In this document: positions 1 through 8,246 of the stretch, in pieces
Position numbering within the stretch: position 1 is the first letter of the stretch
Layout of the letters: each line of letters starts with the position of its first letter
Assembly: GCA_051745265.1 (NCBI GenBank)
Contig: JBNJDW010000001.1
Coordinates: 1-35,419, forward strand
Source: Pseudomonadota bacterium
GTDB taxonomy: Bacteria; Pseudomonadota; Alphaproteobacteria; Micavibrionales; CSBR16-224
Direction: 5' to 3'
Length of the DNA stretch: 35,419 nucleotides
Notes under the pieces: model-generated
The model's database searches: none
What the model saw: only the letters and a program-made list of their open reading frames with translations
What the model was told of the DNA's origin: nothing
Translations under genes and position numbers: made by a program

Positions 1-49
1 GTCCTGATCTGCGGGTCTGTCATTCTGTGCGTATAAAGATATTCTATTA

Positions 50-3000
50 TTACTTGGGCGGGTCAGGCCGTACCGCGCGCAAAACCGGCAGGTCCTCTTT
101 ATCCACCTGTTTTTCAGAGCGGTCAGGCTCCGGCATATCTTCCGGCTTTGGAGATTGAGAAATCTGCCGGGTCATGCTTTCAAGTTCATCTGTCTCCGGG
201 CTGTTCTGAACCGTGATCTGCATATTGGACCTGTCCATGACGGTATAGCCCTGTGCCTTATCATAGCTGTCTTTCAAAGATTTTTCCGGCAGATCATTTT
301 CGGCGTCTTCATCGAAATTAAAATCAAGGCTGAGCTTTTGCATCGGTTTCTTTTTAAGCGTCACCGGCGGATCGGCGGACTCAGGCGCCTTTGCAACAGG
401 TTTATCCGTCATTTGCCTGTCGGGGGCCTGATTTTTACGTATACTGGCCCCCGCGCCCCCGGAGACACTGCCGCGCTGGCCCATCACCCGGGACAGCGGC
501 GCATGCGGCTGGCCTTTGATATCAACCTGCGTTTTATCGGTATTCAATTCAAATTTCTTATTCCGCAGATTGACCGGCGCCCGTTCAGGCGATAATCCGT
601 GTTCTTCGCCCAGCAGCATATGCGTCCGGGCCAGCCCCTTGACCAGATCGGCGCTGAAACACTCCCAGGTATACAACAAAATCCACAACCGTTTCATGGC
701 ATGGTATTCCCACTGGGTGGCTTCCGGCGGTTTGCCTTCAGCGGCAACGATAAACGGATAAACCCGCTGCGGCGTAATACCTGTATGCGTGAAATAACTG
801 TCCCCCAGCTGCCAGACCCGGTCGGGGCTGACACCGAACTGCCCGCCGACAAAGGTTTTGGCATCCTGAATGGTTCTGACATCACGCGGCATAACAAAGC
901 TGGGGGCGGTAATCGTCGCCCCGGATCCGCCCAGACGCTGCGGTACCGGCAGGTTTTTGACCTCGACCCCCATCATCAGGCTGTCATCCCAGCCACGTGT
1001 CAGCGGATAGACCACCGCAATATTCTCAACACCGTCCTCTGAAACGATAAATTCATAATCTTTGGAGGCAATCCCCCGCAAGGCGCCGCCAAACTTACCT
1101 TCTTCGACAAAGACAGAACGCATGGCCTTTAAATGCTGTCCACCGCTTTGTTCTTCCGTAAAGCCACTGGTTTCCCATTCATCAAGGACCTGTTCCGCAT
1201 CAAGGATATTGGCCGGTTCGAAATCCTTTTGCGCGTCGTCTTCGCCTTCATCATGTTCATTAAACCGTCTGAAGGCATCAACCGTCAGTTTGCCGGTCAC
1301 CCAGGGCGGCGGTTCAATCCCGTAACGCAACATCAGATCAAAAACATGCATTTCCAGCCGCGGTTCGGGCAGCAAGCCAACCTGCGAGGCCCGAATGATA
1401 TCATTGGCATCAAGCTCCATAATCGTGCCGCCGAATTTAAAACCGGTGGTGTATTTATCCTCACCAATCGGCCAGCTGGTCGATCCGGGTTTGTTGACTT
1501 CGGCAAAAACAGGTTCAATCGCTTCATCAATCTGATCCGGCGCCGGAAAATAGGTCAGACCGACATACAGATTATCGCCTTTGCGGGCCTGTAATTTGGC
1601 GTGACGCTTAAGATAGCCGATAATCATATCCTTGTTTTCGTCAACATCATCGGTCATATCGACCGTGTCCATGGTGATCGGTTCAATCAGATGACCGGAC
1701 CAGTGCTTACCATCCAGATTGGCATTACCGCGCATGACCGCATTGATAATCGGCCGCGGATAACCGCTGCGGACGTAAATCAACAACCGGCCGTCCGATG
1801 TAAAACGATAAGGAATAATATCGCAGTATTCCCCGGGGCGACGGGCAATTTCATGCAGCATACCGGTTTTGTTATCGCGTACGGTGGTGATTTCCAGATA
1901 TTCCGGCGGCGCCTGTGAAGGCCGGCGCTCTTCCAGAATCAGGCTTTGATGGGCCGGCATTTTCTGGGCGACGATAAAGTAATTGGTGGCCGGCGGCGGC
2001 AACATGCGGGCGTCTTCGGTATACAGGCAGAAACGGTCTTTAAAGAAATGCTCAACCACCCAGGGGTTACGATACGGCGCGGTGTAAACCAGCCGCATGT
2101 CAAAACGGGCCAGTTCCCGCCGGTAATCGCCATATTCAAAAAAGGTCAGTTCACGGTCGAGCTGTTCTTTCCAGATTTCGCGTTCATCCTTGCGGTGAAT
2201 AAATTCAATCGCCCATTTATGCAGTAAACGGAAAACCCGGCTGTTGTCTTCGTCAAAAGTAAAAGTTTCGCCCAGACGTTCTTTATCCTTCTCCGTCATC
2301 TCATAAGCATTCTTTTTCTTAAGCGACGGGTTAAGCGTTTTCAGGATTGACGGGTCCAGTTCTTCAAGGAAGAAGCCTTCATAACCGTCTTCCATGGGCC
2401 GCGCGGTCTGCGAATACTGAATCAACAGATCGGCATAAGACAATTCGCCCGGTTCATCGCCGATGCTTTGCACATCAGGCAGTTCCAAAAGCACATATTC
2501 ATCATGGGGCGGCATCAGATAATCGCGGATCAGCATACTGCCGCCGGGTTTCAGCTTTTTGATCTGTGCGGACAGGACCTCTGAGACAATGTCAGGATCA
2601 CGGTCATGCGCCGAATATATCTCGTGCAGAATATTGGAATTGATAATGCCATCGACCGATTCATCTTCAAAATCAGGAATACGGGCATCGCTGAAGCGAA
2701 AGGATAAGTTGGGCAGTTTATAACGTGACCGGGCCTTTTCAATCAGCCGGCGGTTATTATCGATGCCGATAAACCGGCGCAGCGGATTTAACAACGCCAT
2801 CGCATAGGTAACCTTACCGCTGCCGCAGCCCATATCGACAAGCAAAGCATCAGACGGCAGCAGAAAATGCGCTGAGATCAGCGAGGCTTTTTGCACAATA
2901 TGATCGGGGATTTGCTCAATCTCGTCGACGGCATTGTGTTCACCGCGCGCCAGATTGATGAAATCCTTAATCTTGCGTGCTTTTTCCGCTTCTATTTCAG

Positions 3001-3052
3001 TTTTTTTGGTTTTATCTGACACATTATCCTCAAGCGCCCGGGCTATCGTCAT
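50..3052 (-). CDS. Large multidomain protein: N-terminal class I SAM-dependent methyltransferase, two tandem degenerate NUDIX-like regions, disordered acidic/Pro-rich C-terminal tail
   Basis: Uninterrupted ORF (track 50..3064 starts at a TTG; first ATG is at 3052). Methyltransferase motif I VDMGCGSG (nt 2816-2839), then IGIDNN, VDGIINSNILHEI and LKPGGSMLIRDY. Two later regions (about aa 388-585 and 645-825) follow ADP-ribose pyrophosphatase topology by eye but lack the REx2EE Nudix box. The last ~170 aa are low complexity. Confidence 0.75.
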   Translation of the reverse strand: MTIARALEDNVSDKTKKTEIEAEKARKIKDFINLARGEHNAVDEIEQIPDHIVQKASLISAHFLLPSDALLVDMGCGSGKVTYAMALLNPLRRFIGIDNNRRLIEKARSRYKLPNLSFRFSDARIPDFEDESVDGIINSNILHEIYSAHDRDPDIVSEVLSAQIKKLKPGGSMLIRDYLMPPHDEYVLLELPDVQSIGDEPGELSYADLLIQYSQTARPMEDGYEGFFLEELDPSILKTLNPSLKKKNAYEMTEKDKERLGETFTFDEDNSRVFRLLHKWAIEFIHRKDEREIWKEQLDRELTFFEYGDYRRELARFDMRLVYTAPYRNPWVVEHFFKDRFCLYTEDARMLPPPATNYFIVAQKMPAHQSLILEERRPSQAPPEYLEITTVRDNKTGMLHEIARRPGEYCDIIPYRFTSDGRLLIYVRSGYPRPIINAVMRGNANLDGKHWSGHLIEPITMDTVDMTDDVDENKDMIIGYLKRHAKLQARKGDNLYVGLTYFPAPDQIDEAIEPVFAEVNKPGSTSWPIGEDKYTTGFKFGGTIMELDANDIIRASQVGLLPEPRLEMHVFDLMLRYGIEPPPWVTGKLTVDAFRRFNEHDEGEDDAQKDFEPANILDAEQVLDEWETSGFTEEQSGGQHLKAMRSVFVEEGKFGGALRGIASKDYEFIVSEDGVENIAVVYPLTRGWDDSLMMGVEVKNLPVPQRLGGSGATITAPSFVMPRDVRTIQDAKTFVGGQFGVSPDRVWQLGDSYFTHTGITPQRVYPFIVAAEGKPPEATQWEYHAMKRLWILLYTWECFSADLVKGLARTHMLLGEEHGLSPERAPVNLRNKKFELNTDKTQVDIKGQPHAPLSRVMGQRGSVSGGAGASIRKNQAPDRQMTDKPVAKAPESADPPVTLKKKPMQKLSLDFNFDEDAENDLPEKSLKDSYDKAQGYTVMDRSNMQITVQNSPETDELESMTRQISQSPKPEDMPEPDRSEKQVDKEDLPVLRAVRPDPPK

Positions 3053-3157
3053 TTTATACAACAATTATAATAACATTGCACGAAAAAGCCGATACGCAAC
3101 CTCGATTTTATGGTATTTAAAAATATAACATATCCGTTGCCCAGAGTGTAGAAAACC

Positions 3158-3964
3158 ATGCCCGGAAAAAGATCTTTTATAAAATCGATATTTATCCCCT
3201 TTGGCTACGCGCTGAATACGATATTACCACCGCGCTGCATCGGTACCGGCGAAATCGTTGACCATCAGGGCATGATCGCCCCGGCGCTCTGGCAGGAGCT
3301 GGATTTTATCGCCCCGCCCTATTGCGCGACCTGCGGCCTGCCCTTTGATTTTGAAGACAGCCTCGAAGACACGACAATATGCGGTGACTGCCTGTCCGAT
3401 CCGCCGCGCTTTGATACCGCGCGGGCGCCACTGCGCTATAACGATGCCAGCCGCCGCCTGCTGCTGCGCTTTAAATACGGTGATCAGCAACATGCCGCCG
3501 TGACCTTTGCCCGCTGGCTGCATCTGGCCGGTCTCGATCATCTGAAAACCGCCGATTTTATCCTGCCCGTGCCCTTGCACTGGCGACGGCTATGGCAGCG
3601 GCGTTTTAATCAATCCGCACTGCTGGCCAAGGCGCTGGCACGGGAGTCCGGCGTGCCTTATCTGGCCAACACCATGACCCGCCGCCGGTTTACCGGCCCG
3701 CAAAAAGGCCTGAACCGTCGCAACAGACAAAAAAATGTCCGTATGGCGTTTACCGTCACCCCGGCGGCAAAGACAAACATTACAGGCAAGCATCTGGTGC
3801 TGATTGATGATGTCATGACCAGCGGCGCCACGGTCAATGAATGCGCCAAACTGTTAAAACGTGAAGGCGCCGCCAGAATCACAGTTCTGACCGTCGCCCG
3901 CGTGCTGCGCGAAGACTACACCGCGCCGCAGGATATGGATTTACTAGAAGAATCAGACCTTTGA
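3158..3964 (+). CDS. comF: ComF family protein (phosphoribosyltransferase-like, ComFC type)
   Basis: N-terminal Cys pairs (PPRC, YCATCG, ICGDC) typical of the ComFC zinc-finger region. C-terminal PRTase motif LVLIDDVMTSGATVNE. Confidence 0.85.
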   Translation: MPGKRSFIKSIFIPFGYALNTILPPRCIGTGEIVDHQGMIAPALWQELDFIAPPYCATCGLPFDFEDSLEDTTICGDCLSDPPRFDTARAPLRYNDASRRLLLRFKYGDQQHAAVTFARWLHLAGLDHLKTADFILPVPLHWRRLWQRRFNQSALLAKALARESGVPYLANTMTRRRFTGPQKGLNRRNRQKNVRMAFTVTPAAKTNITGKHLVLIDDVMTSGATVNECAKLLKREGAARITVLTVARVLREDYTAPQDMDLLEESDL

Positions 3965-3966
3965 AC

Positions 3967-4722
3967 CTAACGGACAAAGCTTTGCATCAAACTGCCGACC
4001 ACCATATACCAGCCATCCACCAGTACGAAAAAGATGATCTTAAACGGCAGGGCAATCAGCACCGGCGGCAGCATCATCATCCCCATCGACATCAAAATGG
4101 CCGCGGTGACAAGATCAATGACCAGAAACGGTAAAAACAGCATAAAGCCGATTTCAAAAGCCCGGCGCAATTCGGTAATCATAAAGGCCGGAATAATAAC
4201 ATGAATTGGTGCATCTTCGGCATTTTCAAGATCAGGATCATCATGGATGCGAACAAACAATTCCAGATCTTTTTCACGGACATTGCGGAGCATAAAGCTT
4301 TTGAACGGTCCCGCTGTGCGCTCAAAGGCCTGCACCTCGGTAATTTCATTATTGACCAGCGGCGCCACCCCTTCTTCATAAGCCTGGCTGAACACCGGGG
4401 CCATGATAAAAAAGGTCATAAACAGGGCCAGACTGATCAAAACCGTGTTTGGCGGCGTTTGCTGCGTGCCCATGGCCGTGCGCAGGAAAGACAGAACAAC
4501 GACAATCCGGGTAAAGGAGGTCATCATCATCAGGATCGACGGTGCCAGCGTCAGAACGGTTAATAAGGCAACAAGCTGAACAATGCGGCCCGCGACCGAT
4601 TCACCCGTGCCCTCCACATCACTGTCGCCCAGATCAAGGGTCAGGCTCTGCGCCCAGGCTGCATCAACAAACAAGGTTGATAAAAACAGCGAAATCAGGG
4701 CTATAAGTCTAATTTTTGACAT
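3967..4722 (-). CDS. fliP: Flagellar type III export apparatus protein FliP
   Basis: Signal-peptide-like N-terminus MSKIRLIALISLFLSTLFVDAAWA. Conserved FTRIVVVLSFLRTAMGTQQTPPN and MLPPVLIALPFKIIFFVLVDGW blocks. ATG at 4722 sits 1 nt after the fliO stop (4724-4726), so the longer track ORF to 4833 is rejected. Confidence 0.95.
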   Translation of the reverse strand: MSKIRLIALISLFLSTLFVDAAWAQSLTLDLGDSDVEGTGESVAGRIVQLVALLTVLTLAPSILMMMTSFTRIVVVLSFLRTAMGTQQTPPNTVLISLALFMTFFIMAPVFSQAYEEGVAPLVNNEITEVQAFERTAGPFKSFMLRNVREKDLELFVRIHDDPDLENAEDAPIHVIIPAFMITELRRAFEIGFMLFLPFLVIDLVTAAILMSMGMMMLPPVLIALPFKIIFFVLVDGWYMVVGSLMQSFVR

Positions 4723-4723
4723 T

Positions 4724-5023
4724 CTACTTTTCCTCGGGCTGCTTTTCCTTAGGCTCGGCTTTTGCCTTAATCCCCTGTTCAACCACCAGCGCGTGTTCAT
4801 GACTGACCAGCAATAAATGCTCTTTATCATCACGGCGCACCAGAACCAGCCGGTTTTTGGTGTCTATCGGCAAATGCTCGATCAGCTTTAAACGGCGGTC
4901 CGCCCGGTTTACGGTCATGAATTTACTGTCTCCGAATTTCTTTATCAGAAACGAAAGCAGCCACATCAGCGACAGCACCAGCGCAAAGGCCATTATGACT
5001 TTTAAAACCTGCGTAGAGTCCAT
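4724..5023 (-). CDS. fliO: Flagellar biosynthesis protein FliO
   Basis: 99 aa with a single N-terminal TM helix (VIMAFALVLSLMWLLSFLI) followed by RLKLIEHLPIDTKNRLVLVRRDDKEHLLLVS, the usual FliO pattern. Lies immediately upstream of fliP. Confidence 0.7.
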   Translation of the reverse strand: MDSTQVLKVIMAFALVLSLMWLLSFLIKKFGDSKFMTVNRADRRLKLIEHLPIDTKNRLVLVRRDDKEHLLLVSHEHALVVEQGIKAKAEPKEKQPEEK

Positions 5024-5062
5024 GCTTTATTTCTATGGGAAGCGTGATAAAATGACAAGTCT

Positions 5063-5362
5063 TTATTCGCCGCCGACAGCCCGGCCAATATCGTCGATCT
5101 TGCGGATCAGTTTTTGTAACTGGTCGACACATTTGCGACCATCCTCTGGCGACAAAGACAAAAGATCCTCGCACAAGGCCGCGGTTTCACGGTCCAGACC
5201 GGATAAATCGACGGTCTCACCGCCATAGAACCGGCGCTCGCAGCTGCGGGCATAATTGAGCAGATTTTCAATCCGGCCTTGGATATCTTCTAATAAAACC
5301 GGGTCATTTCGGGTCGTATCGGGCATTTTCTTCCACTGCTTTTGCGCGGTTATACTCTCCAT
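5063..5362 (-). CDS. Hypothetical small helical protein in the fliOP operon
   Basis: 99-aa ORF between the flhB-CTD-like gene and fliO. No family recognised. Its start overlaps the upstream gene by 59 nt (23 nt if the ATG at 5326 is used). Confidence 0.5.
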   Translation of the reverse strand: MESITAQKQWKKMPDTTRNDPVLLEDIQGRIENLLNYARSCERRFYGGETVDLSGLDRETAALCEDLLSLSPEDGRKCVDQLQKLIRKIDDIGRAVGGE

Positions 5363-5684
5363 TTACCCTGTAAACATACGCCAGAATTTCAGCGACCGCA
5401 ATCAGCGCATCTGCCGGAATTTCACTGTCCAGCTCCACAGCCGCCAACATCTGGGCAAGGTCGCGGTCTTCGCGGACCTTAACATCATTCTGAAAGGCCA
5501 GCGCCAGGATCTGTTCGGCAAGATGCCCATAGCCCGAAGCGCTGATTTTTGAAATATCCTTTCCATCTCTGGCGAAATTCTCGATCGCAACTGCGACCGC
5601 ACGCTCAACCTCACTCTTGGAACGGCGCACGGGCTTGATATTCGGCCCTTCGGGTTTTTGGCTGTCGTCAAAGATATCAACCAT
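5304..5684 (-). CDS. FlhB C-terminal-domain-like protein (EscU/YscU/HrcU switch-domain paralogue, YlqH-like)
   Basis: AVAVAIENF..SASGYGHLAEQILALAFQNDVKVREDRDLAQMLAAVELDSEIPADALIAVAEILAYVY parallels the post-NPTH part of the FlhB cytoplasmic domain. No TM region and no NPTH motif. Confidence 0.8.
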   Translation of the reverse strand: MVDIFDDSQKPEGPNIKPVRRSKSEVERAVAVAIENFARDGKDISKISASGYGHLAEQILALAFQNDVKVREDRDLAQMLAAVELDSEIPADALIAVAEILAYVYRVNGEYNRAKAVEENARYDPK

Positions 5685-5688
5685 AAAC

Positions 5689-5704
5689 TGGCATCCTTAT
5701 TGCA
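5689..5704 (+). promoter_or_regulatory. Sigma54 (RpoN) -24/-12 promoter facing flgB
   Basis: TGGCAT-CCTTA-TTGCA with GG (5690-91) and GC (5702-03) exactly 12 nt apart, against the consensus TGGCAC-N5-TTGCW. Lies in the divergent flhB-like/flgB intergenic region. Confidence 0.6.
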
Positions 5705-5903
5705 TAAGTAAACAGCAGGAAGCGGTTTTGGGAGACCGCAAGGGAAGTATAACACAGAAAATAGGGGAGATTTATAATGAATATGATCAAAAATTCACCT
5801 CATCTTAACAAGAAAATGTCACACTTAGACCTATCTCTATGTTATGATGAAAGAATACGGTCGCACATTTCCCGTGACGAGCTGACAATGGAAGGGGATC
5901 ACA

Positions 5904-6341
5904 ATGACCACAGATAATCTTGGCCTGTTCAATGGCATCTACTCAAAAATGGGCTTTCTCGAGCAACGACAAAAAGTCATTGCCCAGAATATCGCCAACG
6001 CAGATACGCCGAACTATAAGCCACAGGATATCAAGGAACCGAGCTTTGCCAAAATCCTTGGCAACACCACCAGCCGGCTGCCTTTGGATGGCAGTACAGC
6101 CGGGGTTAAAACCACACGGTCCAATCATATGGAGCTGGGCCGCGGCAGCATGGCCTCTGCCGATGCGGCGAAGGAAAGAACGCAGCGGGACACCTATGAA
6201 ACTTCGCCTTCGGGCAACGCGGTTATTCTGGAGGAGCAAATGCTCTCGGCCAGTGAAACGCTGAGCGAGCACCGGACAATGGCCAACCTGCATGAAAAAT
6301 ACGTTAATATGATGCGCGCTGCGACCGGTAACAACCGATAA
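5904..6341 (+). CDS. flgB: Flagellar basal-body rod protein FlgB
   Basis: Rod-protein signature QNIANADTPNYK. SD GGAAGGGGA upstream. First gene of a flgB-flgC-fliE run. Confidence 0.93.
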   Translation: MTTDNLGLFNGIYSKMGFLEQRQKVIAQNIANADTPNYKPQDIKEPSFAKILGNTTSRLPLDGSTAGVKTTRSNHMELGRGSMASADAAKERTQRDTYETSPSGNAVILEEQMLSASETLSEHRTMANLHEKYVNMMRAATGNNR

Positions 6342-6374
6342 GCCCAGGCGCCGCCCATAAAAGGAGATTTTAAA

Positions 6375-6791
6375 ATGGCAACAGATATCAAACAGGCTAT
6401 GGACCTTGCCGCGATGGGGATGCGGGCCCAGGGGACACGGATGCGGGTCATTTCTGAAAACATGGCCAATGCCGAGACCACAGCAGAAGAAGCCGGGGGT
6501 GATCCCTATCGCCGTCAGATGGTCACCTTCAAAAACATGGTGAACCGCAGAACCGATATGAGCGAAGTTAAAGTCGACAAGATTATCGGCGATCAATCAG
6601 ATTTCCGTATGAAACACGATCCGTCACATCCGGCGGCAGATGAAAACGGCTATATAAAATTACCCAATGTGAATTCACTGGTTGAAATGATGGATATGCG
6701 TGAGGCCCAGCGCTCTTACGAAGCCAATCTTGGTATCATTGATATGTCACGTACAATGTTAATGCGCACCGTTGATCTGCTGCGCAGCTGA
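6375..6791 (+). CDS. flgC: Flagellar basal-body rod protein FlgC
   Basis: ISENMANAETT signature and C-terminal YIKLPNVNSLVEMMDMREAQRSYEANL. SD AAAGGAG. Confidence 0.95.
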   Translation: MATDIKQAMDLAAMGMRAQGTRMRVISENMANAETTAEEAGGDPYRRQMVTFKNMVNRRTDMSEVKVDKIIGDQSDFRMKHDPSHPAADENGYIKLPNVNSLVEMMDMREAQRSYEANLGIIDMSRTMLMRTVDLLRS

Positions 6792-6815
6792 TTACAGATA
6801 TTAAGGAGATAAACC

Positions 6816-7115
6816 ATGGTTGAAGTTAACGGTGCGGTTGGTGCCTATCAAAACGCCTTAAAACAGGCTTCGGAAGGATCAGAGAAAAAATCCGACGGCC
6901 CCTCTTTCGGTGACATGCTTAAGGAATCTCTTGGCGATGCCATTGAAACCCAGCATAAAAGCGAACAGATGAGCGCCGCTGCCGTTCAGGGCAAGGCCGA
7001 TATGATTGATGTCCTGCAGGCTGTGACCGAGGCAGAAACAACGCTGAACACCGTTCTGTCGATCCGCGACCGTCTGGTTCAATCCTATCAGGAAATCATG
7101 CGGATGCCGATCTGA
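6816..7115 (+). CDS. fliE: Flagellar hook-basal body complex protein FliE
   Basis: 99 aa with FGDMLKESL...DVLQAVTEAETTLNTVLSIRDRLVQSYQEIMRMPI, the typical FliE C-terminus. SD AAGGAG. Confidence 0.9.
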   Translation: MVEVNGAVGAYQNALKQASEGSEKKSDGPSFGDMLKESLGDAIETQHKSEQMSAAAVQGKADMIDVLQAVTEAETTLNTVLSIRDRLVQSYQEIMRMPI

Positions 7116-7127
7116 TATATATATCTC

Positions 7128-7150
7128 ACCGGAATTTTTGTCCGGTTTTA
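7128..7150 (+). terminator. Weak hairpin plus T-tract between fliE and fliQ (possible attenuator)
   Basis: ACCGGA-atttttg-TCCGGT followed by TTTTA. Only a 6-bp stem. Confidence 0.3.
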
Positions 7151-7196
7151 AATAATCTATTGAAGCTTTTCGCCAAATACGGGTAAACTGGGTGCT

Positions 7197-7463
7197 ATGG
7201 AAGATCAGGAAGTCATAGATATCACCCGCGAGGCTCTGATGCTGGTGCTGCAAATCGGCGCACCGGTAATGATTATCGGCCTTATTGTCGGTGTCATCAT
7301 TGCCTTGATTCAGGCCTTGACCCAGATTCAGGAAATGACCCTGAGTTTCGTGCCTAAAATTATGGCCATTTTCTTTAGTATCTTTCTGTTCTTTCCCGTT
7401 TTTGCACAGATGATGGGCGATTTCACCCAGATGATAGCCGACCGAATTGTCGCTTTTGGATAA
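7197..7463 (+). CDS. fliQ: Flagellar export apparatus protein FliQ
   Basis: 88 aa with two TM segments and the conserved ALIQALTQIQEMTLSFVPK block. Confidence 0.93.
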   Translation: MEDQEVIDITREALMLVLQIGAPVMIIGLIVGVIIALIQALTQIQEMTLSFVPKIMAIFFSIFLFFPVFAQMMGDFTQMIADRIVAFG

Positions 7464-7466
7464 GAC

Positions 7467-8231
7467 ATGCTGGAAACCTTCATCGACCTGCACTTTTTTG
7501 CCTTTCTACTGATTTTCACCCGGATCGGTGTTGCCATGATGGTCATGCCCGGCATCGGGGAGAGCTTTACACCGACCAATGTCCGGCTGTTGATTGCACT
7601 TGGCCTCAGCCTGGTGATGACGCCGGCCCTGTCAGGGCATCTGCCGCCGATGCCCTCATCACCCGGTCTTATGTTTCTGTTGATTGGCTCTGAGGCCATT
7701 ACCGGCCTGTTCATCGGCACTGTCATGCGGCTCATGATCTCTGCGCTCGATACGGCGGGGATGGTTATTTCCCTGAACACCGGTCTTGCCAATGCGCAAG
7801 TATTTAACCCGACCTCCGGTGGTCAGGGGTCGATCATCGGCGCCTTTTTCGGGATGCTGGGGGTAACCATGATTTTGGTCACCAATATGCATCACTTTTT
7901 GCTGATGACGATATTTGAAAGCTATGAGATGTTTCCGGCCGACGGCTATATAAGTGCAACCGGCCAAATGGCCGAAGTCGTAGCGCAAGTTGTCAACACC
8001 GCCTTTAACACCGGTGCCAAGCTGTCAATGCCCTTTATTATTGTGACTCTGGTTCTATATACAGGTTTTGGTCTTTTGGGTCGGCTAATGCCCCAGATCC
8101 AGATCTTTTTCCTGGCACTGCCGGTTCAGATCCTGCTGGCGATCATGACCTTAATGCTGACCTTTTCGACCATCATGCTGTACTGGCTGACGGTCTATGA
8201 AGAAACGGTCACACGCTATCTGATATTTTAA
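7467..8231 (+). CDS. fliR: Flagellar export apparatus protein FliR
   Basis: 254-aa polytopic membrane protein starting 3 nt after the fliQ stop. FTRIGVAMMVMPGIGE is the typical FliR N-terminus. Confidence 0.9.
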   Translation: MLETFIDLHFFAFLLIFTRIGVAMMVMPGIGESFTPTNVRLLIALGLSLVMTPALSGHLPPMPSSPGLMFLLIGSEAITGLFIGTVMRLMISALDTAGMVISLNTGLANAQVFNPTSGGQGSIIGAFFGMLGVTMILVTNMHHFLLMTIFESYEMFPADGYISATGQMAEVVAQVVNTAFNTGAKLSMPFIIVTLVLYTGFGLLGRLMPQIQIFFLALPVQILLAIMTLMLTFSTIMLYWLTVYEETVTRYLIF

Positions 8232-8246
8232 CGAAGGACGCCATAA

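Noticed and set aside
1215-1226. tRNA T-arm-like GGTTCGAAATCC.
   Set aside because: It lies in the middle of the large coding ORF with no acceptor or anticodon stems around it.
155-2562. Multiple 60-150-aa plus-strand ORFs inside the 1004-codon minus-strand gene.
   Set aside because: All are embedded antisense or out of frame within one long uninterrupted ORF that has clear methyltransferase motifs.
3088-3095. Sigma28-like -10 element GCCGATAC upstream of comF.
   Set aside because: There is no properly spaced TAAA -35 element (the best candidates are at the wrong distance). Many alphaproteobacteria also lack FliA. The evidence is insufficient.
4723-4833. N-terminal extension of the fliP ORF to 4833. 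Similar extensions exist for dapA to 16324, degP to 29525, the ATPase gene to 18060 and rplQ to 30244.
   Set aside because: The extensions overlap upstream genes or lack an SD. Internal starts give canonical N-termini (signal peptides, [20 protein letters not shown]) with good SD sequences.
5804-5812. Possible CtrA box in the divergent flagellar promoter region (TTAAC half-site).
   Set aside because: Only a single half-site is present. No TTAA-N7-TTAA full site occurs on either strand in 5685-5903.
7115-7124. (AT)5 microsatellite just after the fliE stop.
   Set aside because: It is too short to support a phase-variation claim, and it lies outside any coding or promoter element I can define.
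5943-7493. Long antisense ORFs (5943..6596, 217 aa; 6879..7493, 204 aa) opposite flgB, flgC, fliE and fliQ.
   Set aside because: They lie opposite genes with unmistakable family signatures. Their translations are low-complexity and rich in Arg, His and Gly, with no motifs or SD sequences. This is typical shadow-frame behaviour.
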